In this document: positions 1 through 12,897 of the stretch, piece after piece
Numbering within the stretch: the first letter of the stretch is position 1
How the letters are laid out: every line of letters begins with the position of its first letter
Origin: Squalus acanthias
Lineage: Eukaryota
Direction: 5' to 3'
Assembly (NCBI GenBank): GCA_030390025.1
Contig: CM059437.1
Span: forward strand, 52,948,001 to 53,012,000
DNA length: 64,000 nt
The notes under the pieces: generated by a model
Told to the model about the DNA's origin: nothing
Seen by the model: only the letters and a program-made list of their open reading frames with translations
The model's database searches: none
Translations under genes and position numbers: made by a program

Positions 1-579
1 AATAACGCGCGCTCACACTCTCAGTGTATGGAATGTCAATATCCTGTAGTGAAATAAATTGTGGAATTAATCACGGGGTCAGCGCAACAAAAACATGTAA
101 AAACCTATAAAACCTGTAAAACTAAAGTGCGTGTTTAATATGAGTTCAGCACCAACCCGTATTAAAGCAGTTGTAAATCTGCCTGAAGTATTACAATAGA
201 AAGACTGGATTGTTCTGCCCAAATAACGAAAGGAGCAAGACTCGCACTTCCACCGCAGAAATCTCAGCGGAGTTAGTTATTTCAACGCACAAATTAGTAT
301 TTCGAAAAAGCGTATACCGTTAAACTTTTGAAATCGTATAAAAAATTGACTTTACACTGCACGTTCAGTGTTGGCGCCATGCGATTGCTGCGACTAAGGC
401 GGCTAGAATTTAAAGCGCCAAGATGTTTTATCTGCATTACATTGCCTGTGTGCCTGTACACGAAGGTCATTATATTCCTATATTCATAAAATACATAAAT
501 GATATGTCGGTCTCTCCTCTTGATGACTTAGCAGCTGAACCATGTGAACGCATCACAATAAGATATAAGAAGGGTCAGT

Positions 580-764
580 GGAGTAGATCTTGAGATTGTG
601 CGATAGTGTAAAACGGGTGGTTGTGAATCTGCAGCCCCTTTTAAATCTCTCCTGATCTTTATTTAAATGAATACAATGGAAATAAAAATGCAGAGAGATA
701 TAAAACGGGCTGGAGATTCACTAGCATCCATTTTACACTGTCGCACAAAGTCAAGATTTATCCC
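580..764. repeat. About 185-bp imperfect palindrome (MITE-like) in the J-C intron; copies at 23493-23678 and 44225-44409
   Basis: Left arm gtagatcttgagattgtgcgatagtgtaaaacgggtgg... is the reverse complement of right arm ...ccattttacactgtcgcacaaagtcaagatttatc, around a short central spacer. Confidence 0.85.
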
Positions 765-986
765 GGTCTCTTTAAATAACTTTATTCACCGGAGCATTTC
801 AGCTGACAAATATTTCAAGTGCCCATAGTATGAATGTAATATTGTGAAAGATTTATATTGCAAAGGGATCTATTTTTATATTGACTGGATTGATGCAATA
901 CAAACTATATTATTTTGAACAAATATTATGCTTCAACAGAAGCAATTCTCCAACACTACTAAACCGTGATCGCTTGTTTTAAACAG

Positions 987-1309
987 AACCGCAGGAACCA
1001 TCGGTCTCCGTCCTTCCGCCTTCATCGGATCAAATCGCAGCAAAGAACACGGCGACCCTGGTGTGTTTGGTGAACGGTTTTAACCCGGGCGCTGTGGAGA
1101 TTGAGTGGACTGTCGATGGCAGTGTCAGAGGGAATGGTGTTGAGACCAGTCGGATCCAGCAGGAGACGGACAACACGTTCAGTGTGAGCAGTTATCTGAC
1201 TCTGCCAGCCTCAGAGTGGAACTCACACGAGCTTTACACCTGTGTGGTTAAACACGAGACTCAGGCAAACCCGCTTAAAACAAGTATCGCGAGATCCAGC
1301 TGTATCTGA
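987..1309 (+). CDS. IGL: Ig light chain constant exon, cluster 1 (lambda/type II-like); its leader and VJ lie upstream of the window
   Basis: Acceptor ttttaaacag ends at 986. Phase-1 exon reads (K)PQEPSVSVLPPSSDQIAAKNTATLVCLVNGFNPGAVEIEW...YTCVVKHETQANPLKTSIARSSCI*. Has C1-set Cys-Trp-Cys and a penultimate Cys for the H-L disulfide. Confidence 0.95.
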
Positions 1310-1621
1310 TTTCAGAAACTGTACTTGACCGAGCTGAGAAAGTTTGTTCATCCCCATTCGGTTCCTTCGTGTGACAAATAAGGGTAGAAATTTGTAGCAA
1401 TTCGGAAGTTTAAGAAAAATAGTCATTGCGTTTGGAAATTCGTCTTTTAAGACTTGTTAATTTAAAATGCTCTTCGATCGAAAGATTTTCGGTGTTCATT
1501 GAAACCTCAATGTTAATAAATCTAGGTTATATGCATCCAATAACGTAAGTGAAAAGGCAACAATATGATTATTGCAGCCTAAGAATTTGCTTACTGCTAA
1601 TCTATTCCAATACAGTTGTTG

Positions 1622-1627
1622 AATAAA
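1622..1627 (+). terminator. Probable poly(A) signal of cluster 1; counterparts at 24531-24536 and 45267-45272
   Basis: AATAAA 313 nt after the stop in all three units, followed by a GT/T-rich element (ggttttccgtgtctttt). A second AATAAA at 1515-1520 is present only in unit 1. Confidence 0.7.
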
Positions 1628-1867
1628 ATTATTGAACCAATCTCAAATGCAATATGGTTTTCCGTGTCTTTTTTTTCTGATGCAAAAGAAGTCAAATCTA
1701 TAATGCAATTGCTTTCAGGATTGTTCTTCGGTGTTATTAAAACTCGCGTAATGAAGCGTGTGCTGAGCTATTTTTAAAGATTGCAGTGTGTGACTGATGT
1801 GTCGATGTTGCGGTGCACACACACTGGCGCGCGGTTGAATGCGTTCATCGATATTTCCTAAACCATA

Positions 1868-1965
1868 GGGGGTGAAATTGATCTTAGACAAAAGGGCAAC
1901 ATTGGCGATAGCAAATCGGCAGCCGGTTTTACACTGCAGCCCGATTTTATTTTCTATTGACTTCA
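1868..1965. mobile_element. Partial copy of a related MITE-like repeat 3' of C; also about 24777-24870 and 45513-45610
   Basis: Shares an aatcggcagcccgttttacact-type core and a gggg..aaatt end with the intronic palindrome. Confidence 0.5.
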
Positions 1966-2077
1966 AGAAGACCTATTTCACCCCCATATTTTAACTGAAT
2001 GCGGTAGCTTTTCAGTTTGCTGCCCCCAGTAAAGCGGTGGATCAGCTGTAGATTTTGGAGCATCCTAACTTTCATTT

Positions 2078-2895
2078 CAGAGAATCATAGAATGATACAA
2101 CAGGGAAGGACGCCTTTCGGTCCACGGTGCCTGTGTCGGCTCTTTAAAATAGCTATCCATTGAGTCCGACTACCCTGCTCTTTCCCCATCGCCCGGCAAA
2201 TTTCCCCCTTGAAGTATTTATCCAATACCCTTTTGAAAGTTATTATTGAAGCTGCTTCCAGCACCCTGTCAGGTGGTGCTTTGAACCTTCTCAGGGGCAA
2301 TTTTGGATGGGCAATAAATGCTGGCTTTGCCAGCGACGCCCACATCCCATAAACAAATTTTAAAAATCATAACTAATCGCTGCGTATTCTGTTTCCTCAA
2401 GTCGCCTCTGGTTCTTTTGGGAATTATCTTGATTCAGTGTACTCTGGTTACCGACCCTTCAGCAACTGGAAACTGTTAACCCTATCAAAACCCTTCATGA
2501 TTTTGAACACCTCTATCAAATCTCCCCTTAACCTTCTCTGCTGAGAGGAGAATACCCCCAATTTATCTAGTCTATCCACGAACCCGAAATATTTCAATTC
2601 TGGTATGATTCTGGTAAATCTCCTCTGCTACCTCTATAAGGCCTTGACATCTTTCCTAAAGTGTGGTGCCCAGAATTGGACACAATACTGCAGCTGGGGC
2701 CTAACTATTGCTTTATAAAGATTTAGCATATATTCCTTGCTTTTCAACACTCTGCCTCTATTTGTAAAGCCAACGATCCCGTATGCCTTTTTAACAGTCT
2801 TCTCAACTTGTCCTGCCACCTTCAAAGACTTATATACGTACAGCCCCAGGTCTCTCTTTTCCTCCTACCCCATTGAAGCTACACCATTTAGTTGC
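2078..2895 (-). mobile_element. Decayed CR1-type LINE 3' part, with an embedded + strand SINE tail at about 2293-2365; also about 24985-25920 and 45720-46790
   Basis: Minus-strand translation VKKAYGIVGF...LYKAIVRPQLQYCVQFWAPHFRKDV is CR1 ORF2 C-terminal sequence. The tail reads gggcaataaatgctggctttgccagcgacgcccacatccc. Confidence 0.8.
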
Positions 2896-2989
2896 TCCTC
2901 CATTAATCCCACTGTCGTCAGCCCCTCCACAAAATATGTATGCTTCAACTATCACCGTAAAGACGGAGGTAATAGAGAAATTGTATAGG

Positions 2990-3500
2990 ACAAAAAATTG
3001 ATAGAGAGGTTGTACTTTAAAGGTTGGCAACGTTTAAAGCAGAAAAGTCATCCCGTCCGGATGGGATGCATCCTGATTTGCTGAGGGAATTAAGTCGGGA
3101 AACTCCGGAAGCTCTGGCCACAATCTCCAATCCTCCTGAGATATAGGAGAGCCGTCAGAGGATTGGAGCATTGCAAATATTACAAGGCTATTCAAAAAAG
3201 ATGCGAGGGATAAATCCGGGAACTACAGATCAGTCAGCCTAACGTCTGTGGTGGGAAAACTTTTCGAGACCATAATCCTTGACAAAATTAATTGACATTT
3301 TAAAAAAATATGGATTAATAAATGAGAGCCATTACAGACTTGTTAAAGGCAAATCGTGCTTGACTAATTTGATTGAGCTTGTTGATGAAGTAACGGAGAG
3401 GGTTGATAAGGACAGTGTGGTTGATGTTGTGTATATGGATTTTCAAAAGGCGATTTATAAAGTGCGATACAATAGATTTGTCAGTAAAATTGTAGCAAAT
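2990..3500 (+). mobile_element. Decayed CR1 ORF2 (RT N-terminal) fragment; also about 26020-26535 and 46870-47390
   Basis: Motifs PDGMHP, NYRSVSLTSVVGK, KGKSCLTNLIE, VDVVYMDFQKA, with frameshifts. Confidence 0.8.
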
Positions 3501-3955
3501 GGCCGGTATTTTGCGTAACTGGGCGTGTCCGTTGCGGGACCTGCCCGTGGCGACTCCATCCTGCTGTTGAAATGAACTTAGCTTAATGGGGCCTGTTAAG
3601 CCTGCCCAGCGCGTTACCCAGCCCAATGAGATGTAGCGGGCCTGTGGACGTCATTTATGATGCGTTTTCAGCCGGGATCTTTAAAGGGAGCATGGCACAT
3701 TACATTTGAAGTTTAATCTAACATAGTGCTGTCAGTTCACTGCAGCATTGGAGTGCTGCAAACACTGATAATGACTGCACAGATGCAAAGGCCTGCACTC
3801 AGGTTCTCCAATGTACACAGGGAGGTCCTCTTCCCTTCTGATGGGTAGAAGATCCCTCCGCAGGAGACCAAGACAGCCCGGTTGCAGATTGCAGAGGAGG
3901 TCACAACCAGGGATGTCGTCAGGAGGGCTTGAGTGCAGTGCTGCAAATACAAGTT
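3501..3955 (+). mobile_element. Truncated Harbinger-type element with a Myb/SANT-like remnant (unit 1 copy)
   Basis: Homologous to 26538-27050. Begins ggccggtatttt and is cut by a unit-1 deletion near 3955. Confidence 0.65.
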
Positions 3956-3979
3956 TAACAGATTTTTGCTGCATTGTGG

Positions 3980-6900
3980 ATCCTGGCCAAAAATTCACTC
4001 TCCTGTACCAAGTCCAGTGCTCTGCTGCCGTTGGACCTCCGAATTATTTTCCATTTTTCTGCCTTCCGATCGATTCTGCACACCTCCCGGCTCTTCATTC
4101 CTACGGGAATACATCCAGCCACCTGTCCTCCAATACTCTACTCATAAAATAGCTTCTGGACTCACTCGCCCTCCACATCTGTCTCTGAACCTGGACATCA
4201 GTTCGACGATGCTTCAAGCTGACTCCAAACGATCTAACTCAACTCTATTCCACCACGGGAAATCTGACTTTAACCTTGGACTCCCTCTTACTGTCGCCTC
4301 TCTATTTCCGTTTATTACCAGGGCATATCTATCCAAATCTTGCTATTTAACCACGTCTACGAAACTTGAGTATCCCTGTGTCCATTCATATGCACGTTTT
4401 GGCTGCCACTTCGCTTATTCACTTCTATTTCCCCTTTTATTTTTATTTTTTCTTTACTCCTCCTAGTCGCCATGTCTCCTTTCATTTCTCCCCTCTCAGG
4501 TACTCTGCAACACCCCCCACCTCCTAAATCCATACCCCAATCGTTCAGCACACATTGACCTTCCCACACTCCTGCCGCCAACCCAGGCTTGACTCCCTCT
4601 CAGACAAGATTACAGCTTCCGACTGTGACTCTTTTGGCCTACTCCAAACTGCCCATCATGCTATTCGTCGCTGTCTCCTGATGAGTAGCAATACAAACTT
4701 CCCAATTCTACACTCTCTCCAACCTTCCCGCCCAGCAGGCCCGCTGGGGCAAAACTTGGCAGTCTCATATACACCACACTCACCCCTCCCAGCGCTGCCC
4801 CCATTGACACTGACAGTGAATCAGCTATCACCGCCCCTTTCCACATCTCCCTCCAGAATGCCCATTCACTTATGACCAAGGTCCTTGCCATCCGTGAGGT
4901 TATTCTGGATGATTGCATCGACATCATGGCTGTGACAGAAACTTGGCTGACGGGTGAGAACACCGTCCCACATAATGAAGACTCCCACCTGGCTATGCCT
5001 TCCAGCACGTGACCTGTCCAGACACTGTGGTAGCAGTGTGGCTCTTATCACCAAATCACACATTGGTTTGTCCCCCTACTCATCTTGCACCTTCTCTTCC
5101 AGTGGGCATCTCACCTTCTTCCACTCCTCTAGGATTGCCTTAAAAATTTTCGTTCTCTATCACTCAAACAAGTACCGTGCCATTTATCTCATCGAGATAT
5201 CTTCACTCCTTTCCTCTCTCATCCTCTGCACCAAGTGACTTCTCATCTTCGGTGATTTCAACCTCATCTCAATACATCATACCCTCTCTGCTCTGAGCTC
5301 ACGACACTCCTATCCTCCCTTAATCTCTCCCTCCATATAAACTAACATACCCATATTCACAGCCACCATCTCGAAATTGCCATCTCACGTGGCCTATCTA
5401 CTCTCATTGTGTAAATCACAGACCATGCAATCTCTGATCAGTTCCTTGTATCCCTCTGCACTCACATCCATCTTCTCCTTCCCCACCCCCCGAATTCCAA
5501 TTTATTCTGTGTCTTCCCCTAAAAGTAACTCTTACTCAATTCAATTGCAACGGCACGTTCGCATTCCTCACTGTCTAGCTATTGGCCCTCCATTCACCAT
5601 GACATTTCTGCAGCTACCGATAAGCTCAAACATGCTTTCCTCTGCCAAAACTGCTCGCTATTCCAGGATCATCTGGAATAAAAAGAAACTCCCCGGCTTC
5701 TCTTCTCCACTACAAGCCATCTCCAAAAATTCGCTCCCCTGCATGCTTCACTCTCACCTCCAACAAGTGCGAGGAGGTCATGGACGTATTTGGCTCTAAG
5801 ATTCAGATCATTCATTTAGCTTCTCTTCTGCTTCACTACCTTCTCCTAACCAACAAAGGGAAACTTCCCCTGAGGTTCTCCGCTACCAAACCCATGAACT
5901 CCCATCTTTCTCTAGTTTCCCACCTCTCTCAACTCATGCCCTCTATAAACTCATCTTGTCCAGGAGACCCACCTCCTGCTCCCTCGACCCAATTCCCACT
6001 GACCACTCAACTTTCCTTCGTGATGCCTGTGTTAGCAGATATTGTTAACGATTCCCTCTCTTCATGTATTGAGTCCCTCCCCTTCAAATCTGCCGTCACG
6101 AACCCCCGCCTCTAAAAATCTAACCATGACCTAGCTGTCCTTGCAGACTAACGGCCCACCTCCAATCTGCCTTTCCTGTCCAAAGTAATTGAACAGGTTT
6201 TTCCCTCCCAAATCCGTGCCCATTCGTGTAATGCCATGTTTGAACCTCGATTCAGGTTTCTCTCCCAGCCACAGCAATGAAAGGGCCCTCAGAAAAGACA
6301 GAAATGACATTCTTTGTGACAGTGACAGTTAGAAATTATTCCTCCTCATCTTTCTCGAAACGGATCTTTTTCCGAGTGGCAGGCAGTGACTCGTGCGGTT
6401 CCGCAGGGATAGGTCCTAGGACCCCAGCTATTCACTATATATATTAATGATCTAGACCAGGGAACTAGATGTAATATCTCCAAGTTTGCAGATGACACTA
6501 AGCTTGGTGGGCGGGTGTGCTGCGAGGAGGATGCCGAGAAACTCCAGTATGATTTGGACAGGTTGGGTGATTGGGCAGAAGCATGGCAGATGCAGTATAA
6601 TGTGGATAAATGCGAGGTTATCCACTTTGGTGGCAAAAACAGAAAGGCAGATAATTATCTGAACGGCAATAGATTGGGAGAAGGGGAAGTGCAACGAGAC
6701 CTGGTTGTCCTTGTGCACCAGTCGCTGAAGGTAAGCATGCAGGTACAGCAGGCAGTTAAGAAGGCAAATGGTATGTTGGCCTTCGTACCGAGAGGGTTTG
6801 AGTACAGGAACAAGGATGTCTTGCTGCAGCTGTACAGGGCATTGGTGAGACCACACCTTGAGTATTGTGTGCAATTTTGGTCGCCTTATCTGAGGAAGGA

Positions 6901-8110
6901 TGTTCTTGCCATGGAGGGTGTACAGCGAAGATTCACCAGACTGATACCTGGGATGGCAGGAATGACGTAAGAGGAGAGATTGGGTCGATTGAGCTTATAC
7001 TCGCTGGAGTTTAGAAGAATGAGAGGAGATCTCATTGAAACTTGTAAAATTCTAACAGGGCTAGACAGACTGGATGCAGGAAGGATGTTCCCGATGGCGG
7101 GTGAGTCCAGAACAAGAGGTCACAGTCTAAAGATAAGGGGTAAGCCATTTAGGACAGAGATGAGGAGGAATTTCTTCACCCAGAGAGTGGTGAACCTGTA
7201 AAATTCTCTACCACAGAAGGAAGTTGAGGCCAAGTCAGTAAATATATTCAAGAAGGAGTTAGATATATTTCTTAAGGCTAAAGGTATCACGGAATATGGG
7301 GAGAAGGCAGGGACAGGGTACTGAATTTGTATGATCAGCCATGATCTCATCGAATGGCGGAGCAGGCTCGAGTTGCCGAATAACCTACTCCTGCTCCTAT
7401 CTTCTATGTTTCTATGTTTCTATGTCTGCAGCCTGTAACACAGCTGACCACGCCATCCTCCTCCAACGCCTCTCCTCCATTCAGCTTGGTGGGATTCCAC
7501 TCTTGCCTCAGCTTATCTGTTGCTGAAACCCTCATCCATGCCTTTGTTACCTCTAGACTTGATTATTCTAATGCTCTCATGGCCTCCCTCCCAGCTACGA
7601 CCCTCCATAAAACTGAACTCATCTAAAACTCTGCTGCCCTTATCCTAACTCGCACCACGTGCTGTTCACCCATCAGCCCTGTGCTTCCTGAACTACATTG
7701 GCTCCCGGTCCTGTAATGCCTTGGTTTTAAAATTCTCATCCTATTTTCAAATCCCTCCATGGCCTCGCCCATCCCTATCTCTGTAACCCCCTCCAGCCCT
7801 AAGAAGAACAACACTCTGAAATCTCTGCGCTGCTCCAATTCTGGCCTCTTGTGCATTCACAATTTTAATCGCTCCATCGTTTTCGGCAGTGCCTTCAGCT
7901 GCCTGGGACCTAGACTCTGGAATTCCCTCCTAAGCCTCTCCGCCTCTCTCCCTCGCTCTCTTCCATTAAGACGCTCCTTAAAACCAAGCTCCTTGCCTGT
8001 CCTAATATCTTCTCTTGTGGCTCGTAGTCAAATTTTGTTTTAGAACACTCCTGTGAAGCGCCTTTGGACGTTTAACTATGTTAAAGGCGCTATATTAATG
8101 CAAGTTGTTG
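3980..8110 (+). mobile_element. Decayed L2-clade LINE interrupted by a CR1; homologs about 30605-33172 and 52950-55583
   Basis: Endonuclease motifs QNxxSL..DIMAVTETWL and GDFN, then LDPIP, RPxSNLPFLSK and ETLIHAFVTSRLDYSNAL. 3' end ctcctgtgaagcgcc...aatgcaagttgttgtt. Confidence 0.8.
6362..7423 (+). mobile_element. Young 5'-truncated CR1 LINE, specific to unit 1
   Basis: RT motifs (FADD, VRPHLEYCVQFWSP) and a (ctatgttt)n tail. The empty site ctttctcgacac/tgtctgcagc is intact in units 2 (about 32455-32475) and 3 (about 54892-54912). Confidence 0.9.
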
Positions 8111-8114
8111 TTTT

Positions 8115-8995
8115 GTTTTTGGAACAAAAATAAAGTGCATGGATAATGAAAGATCATGGGATCCGAGTAGAGAATAAATTGAAGCTATCGCAGCAATCGT
8201 CGGTGGCAGTGAGTAAAGTAAATCTGACGTTGGTGTGTATTAAGAGGTCAATATTGAGCTGAAATAGTAAGGTAATCCTGCCACTTTATAAATCGTTGGT
8301 GTAACAACACTTAGCATACTGTATACAGTTCGGCTCACAACTGTACAAAAACGATATTGCAGCTATTGAAAGCATACAGGTGAGAGCAACCAATATGATT
8401 GACGCGATGGAGAAATGGATTATGAGGAGCAATTATGTAAATTGTGCATGTTCTCACTGAAATTGACAAGGTCGGGAGTCGATAGGATTACTGTTTGTAG
8501 GATTCTAAAGGGTCTAGATCATGTAAACCATCACAAGCTATTTCAGCTTGTCCAGAGCAGTAGAACCAGAGGTCACAGCCTGCGCTTGAAGATGGTTACA
8601 ATAAAAACTAACCTGTGAAAACAATATTTCCATGAGCGAGTGTTCAATTTTACAACAGACTCCGTGGGGAGTTGATGGAAGCAGTTAGCATTGATTCATT
8701 CTAATGTAAATTAGATAGATTTTTTTCCGAAATTAATATTTTGGGATACAGTATATGAGCAAATACAGACATGGCAGGTGGTAAGTGTAGCATACTTGGG
8801 AGGAACAGGTGACTTTGGACCTATAGATCGCAAAGATCTCCTCCACTGGGTTTCCTCGCATCTTGTCCGTATCTGTTATAGATTAATTGATAGAGATCGA
8901 TTGCTCTGATTAGTCAACAGCTCCGTTATCGTTGATCATGCGACTATCAGGATGGTAGAAGGTGAACTACATGGACTTCGGTCTTTTTTCGTCAG
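8115..8995 (+). mobile_element. Old CR1 3' fragment; also about 33180-34015 and 55590-56465
   Basis: MDYEEQL..L.MFSL...RTRGHSLRL motifs with stops. Confidence 0.7.
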
Positions 8996-10609
8996 CAACT
9001 TCTCTGATCCTGAAGGTAAACTCATCAAGAAACTATCATTAGAGCAGCTGATGAGAAAATATTCAAAAAATAAATTTAAAAAATGGAATGACCAGCAAGA
9101 AAAACAGATTTCAAAACGGAAGGGACGGGAAAGCGATGATCACCAGTCGTCGATATCTGACGGCAAAAATTAAAAAAATGTTTTGATGATGGAAACGTTG
9201 GGCACAAGAACACAAACGGAGAGGAAAGGAAGAGAGTGAAAAATTAAGAACTGTCATGAGCTATAAACCGTAATCTCTAGGGGAAAAACAAAGAGTTTGA
9301 CGATTGACACGGGAAAAAATAAAGATTGACAGTTTAAAAAAACCTAGAGAACACATTATAAATCTGATTTTTCCAAGGAGCGATCGTAATTTGGAAAAGA
9401 AATCCAGCAGGAAGCAGAAGGTCCTAAGACAATTAAAGAATCCGAGCTCGGAAAGTTCAAAGAATGATGTTATGCCATCTTATGTTTTATCTTGACTCCA
9501 GCCTTTTGTGTTCATTAACTGTATACTGCTTGACATTCTCAATATGATCAAGCACATGGAGCAGAGGATTGACAACTATTTGCGGAGGTTGACATAATCA
9601 GCAAGTTATCCGCGTTAGTAATAGTGAGCAAGGAAAGATAGTAGTACGATAGCGTACTTACGATAGGTAGAGTAATTATAGTGTTAACCGGCTCAATTCC
9701 CGCTTCGGTCAGCAAAAGCTGTAAAACTAAGAAATCTTGTGGGACAGAAGCGAGAAATGAATTAGGTGGTGGCTGGACGCCAAGGTGGACAAGTGATAAG
9801 CGTCAGGGGTGAGTGGAGTTTCAGATATGAGAAACGTCTTAAGTGATAAGATAGTACAGATGTCCGAGACCAGCCTCGATGGTCAAGCCTGTGAAATGTA
9901 CAGAGAGCAATAACCAGACAAAACTGCATTCACATGCACGGTGAGGAGGAGGTGGTCTGTGTGTCCTGGGGTATTCATGCACTACCCCGACTTACAACTG
10001 ACGTACATACGTCTTAATGTCAACTACTGCATGCGTGCTAATGCACTAACCCTAAGTTAATCCTACACAATTAAAAGGAAAGGTAAAATACACCGGCACA
10101 CCTCAGAAACTGAAACTAGTCTTTCAAAGTAAGCAGTCAGGAGACTCAATTTTCGGATTCCCGCAATCTCATAAGTACTGCGTATGTTGGATTTGAATCA
10201 TTTGATAAATGAAGGGTAGTTAATAAGACTTTCTGTCTCTTGATTCCACGAGCCTACAAAAAAATTAAAGGGAATAGGATCGCCCTGGCGTGATGACGAT
10301 CGCGGCAGAACACTAAGAGAAGTGAGCGTCTGAACGTTTAGTTTGGGACTGGCCATCTATTGCTCGGCACAATCTACATATCTCCAGATTCGGGATTTAG
10401 AATTGAGATACTGGGAGAATACGCAGCTTGGTATTTGGCATGACATGGTGATAGACCCTGAAGATAGGAGATCTGGTGGGGAACGCTGACCCCATGTACA
10501 AATTAGCCCAGATTCTCGAAAAGGATTTCTTGGATACAGCAAGAATAACAGGACTGAAGTTGGTCTTGATAAGAATTGCATGCCGTTGCTAAAGATCTGT
10601 TTGACGGCT

Positions 10610-10805
10610 AGGACAGTGTATTGGTTACGTTACTGTACTAATAATTCAGAGCATGTGAGTAACAATCCCAACATGGCAGCTTCAGAATTGAAATCCTGTT
10701 TTTAAAAAGCTGTTACCAGTAAAAGTGATCACGAAAATCCATAGGAAGGAAACCTACCGTCCGTACCCAGTCTGATCTATTTCAGATTCCAGTCCCACTG
10801 GCTGT
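10610..10805 (+). mobile_element. Decayed tRNA-derived SINE; also about 35630-35835, deleted in unit 3
   Basis: Degenerate A/B-box head (tggttacgttactggactagcaatt...tttcaatcccacca in unit 2) and body aggaaggaaacct..c.tcc.tacccagtctg, recognised as a common shark SINE. Confidence 0.55.
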
Positions 10806-10967
10806 CTCATTTCTTACTGGGCTTGAAAGGTATCAATCAAGATTGATTCTAGAATGGTTTAAATCTTTCCAAGTAATGTTATTGACAATAAAACACGACA
10901 GTTTCCCAGATAAAAATGTCAAACAACGTTACAACTTAGAAGCAAGGAGGGCCAAATCCTTCGTCTG

Positions 10968-12062
10968 GGTCCCCAACTCTTTACAATCTATATTAACGAT
11001 TTGGAGTAGGGGACCGAGTGTAACATATCAAAGCTTGCAGATGATACAAAGATGGGAGGGAAAGTAGAAAGTGAGGAGGACATAAAAAACCTACAAAGGG
11101 ATGTAGACAGGCTGGGTGAGTGGGCGGAGATTTGGCAGATGCAATACAATATTGGAAAATGTGAGGCTATGCACTTTGGCGGGAAAAATCAGAGAGCAAT
11201 TTATTATCTTAATGGCGAGAAACTGGAAAGTACAAAGGGGTCTGGGGGTCCTAGTGCAAGAAAATCAAAAACTTAGTATGCAGGTGCAGCAGGTGATCAA
11301 GAAGGCCAACGGAATGTTGGCTTTTATTGCTAGGGGGATAGATTATAATATCAGGGAGGTATTGCTGCAGTTATACAAGGTATTGGTGAGGCTGCACCTG
11401 GAATACTGCATACAGTTTTGGTGTCCATACTTAAGTAAAGACATACTTGCTCTCGAGGCAGTACAAAGAAGGTTCACTCGGTTAATCCCGGGGATGAGGG
11501 GGTGGACATATGAGGAGAGGTTGAGTAGATTGGGACTCTACTCATTGGAGTTCAGATGAATGAGAGGCGATCTTATTGAAACATATAAGATTGTGAAGGG
11601 CTTGATCGGGTGGATGCGGTAAGGATGTTCCCAAGGATGGGTGAAACTAGAACTAGGGGGCATAATCTTAGAATAAGGGGCTGCTCTTTCAAAACTGAGA
11701 TTAGGACAAACTTCTTCACTCAGAGGGTAGTAGGTCTGTGGAATTTGCTGACCCAGGAAGCTGTGGAAGCTACATCATTAAATAAATTTAAACCAGAAAT
11801 AGACAGTTTCCTAGAAGTAAAGGGAATTAGGGGTTACGGGGAGCGGGCAGGAAATTGGACATGAGGCTGAGTTCGGATCGGTCAAGGCCCTGTGGGTGGC
11901 GGAGCGGCCCAGGGGCTGTGTGGCCGGGTCCTGCACCTACTTCTTGTGTTCTTTAGATTTGAGGTTAGGATCAGATCAGCCATGATCTTATTGAATGGCG
12001 CAGCAGGCTCGAGGGGCCGATTGGCCTACTCCTGCTCCTATTTCTTATGTTATTATGTTCTT
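10968..12062 (+). mobile_element. Young 5'-truncated CR1 LINE, specific to unit 1, with two tandem 3' tail modules
   Basis: CR1 RT C-terminal ORF pieces and a (ttatgttc)-like tail. The empty site is at about 35960-35975 in unit 2. Confidence 0.9.
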
Positions 12063-12897
12063 ATTAACTGGGTTAATTGTTTGTTGATGACTTTTTTAAA
12101 CACTGCGTGTCGTCTCCTGGTAATCACTGTCTGTTTTTCTATCTTTTTTTCCCTTTATCTGTAACTGAGCAGAATAATTTGTTGTTTTCCGCTCAGTTCC
12201 AAGACCCAGCAGACAGTTGTCTTAACTTTTAGCTTGTTAATCTCTCATTGTGGGAGAATGTGTCAGTGTCTTTGGCTACAGAAAGTCATTCTCAAGGCAG
12301 CTTGGTGCAATAACAAGATCCTGCGCATTCTCTGATTTCGGCCAAGTTCCCAAAGTCCATTGCTCCTTTGATATTTTGATACAATTCATCGGTACGCTAT
12401 TGATCTCAAATTAGTTTACCTGTAAATTTGTTTTGATTGTATTGGCCGCACATGAGTCATCCTCCATTTCCTGTTCATAAATTAAACCAAAGTATTGGGG
12501 CCTAAATCGGTTTCTGAAACGAATATTCATCCTGTTAATCTCCGATATTAAGTCCATTCTTTTATCCATCTGAATGTTCCCGGTCTAGCAACGCCCTGAC
12601 TGTTTTCACTCCACAGCCCTTACTTAGGCTTACTTAAGAGCAGGCACAAAAAAGTCCGTATCATAAAATGCATAATTCTTCCGTTCCTCCTCAGTGAATG
12701 TGAGATACAGAACACTCACTTAAAACGTTGAACCTCACAACTTTGAACCGGAATAGTGCTCATCACAGACACGCAAGTTAATCAGAGATTAGATCTTGTC
12801 ATTAAAAAAAGCTCAAGTCACCGTGACATTTACACAAAGGTGTTCAAATACTATAAGTGAGAATAAAAAATATTGCAATCATAACACGCTATATAAT

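Noticed and set aside
10289-10333. GTGATGA...CTGA resembling a C/D box snoRNA
   Set aside because: Too short, no terminal stem, and both boxes are altered in the unit 2 copy (gtgctga, gtga).
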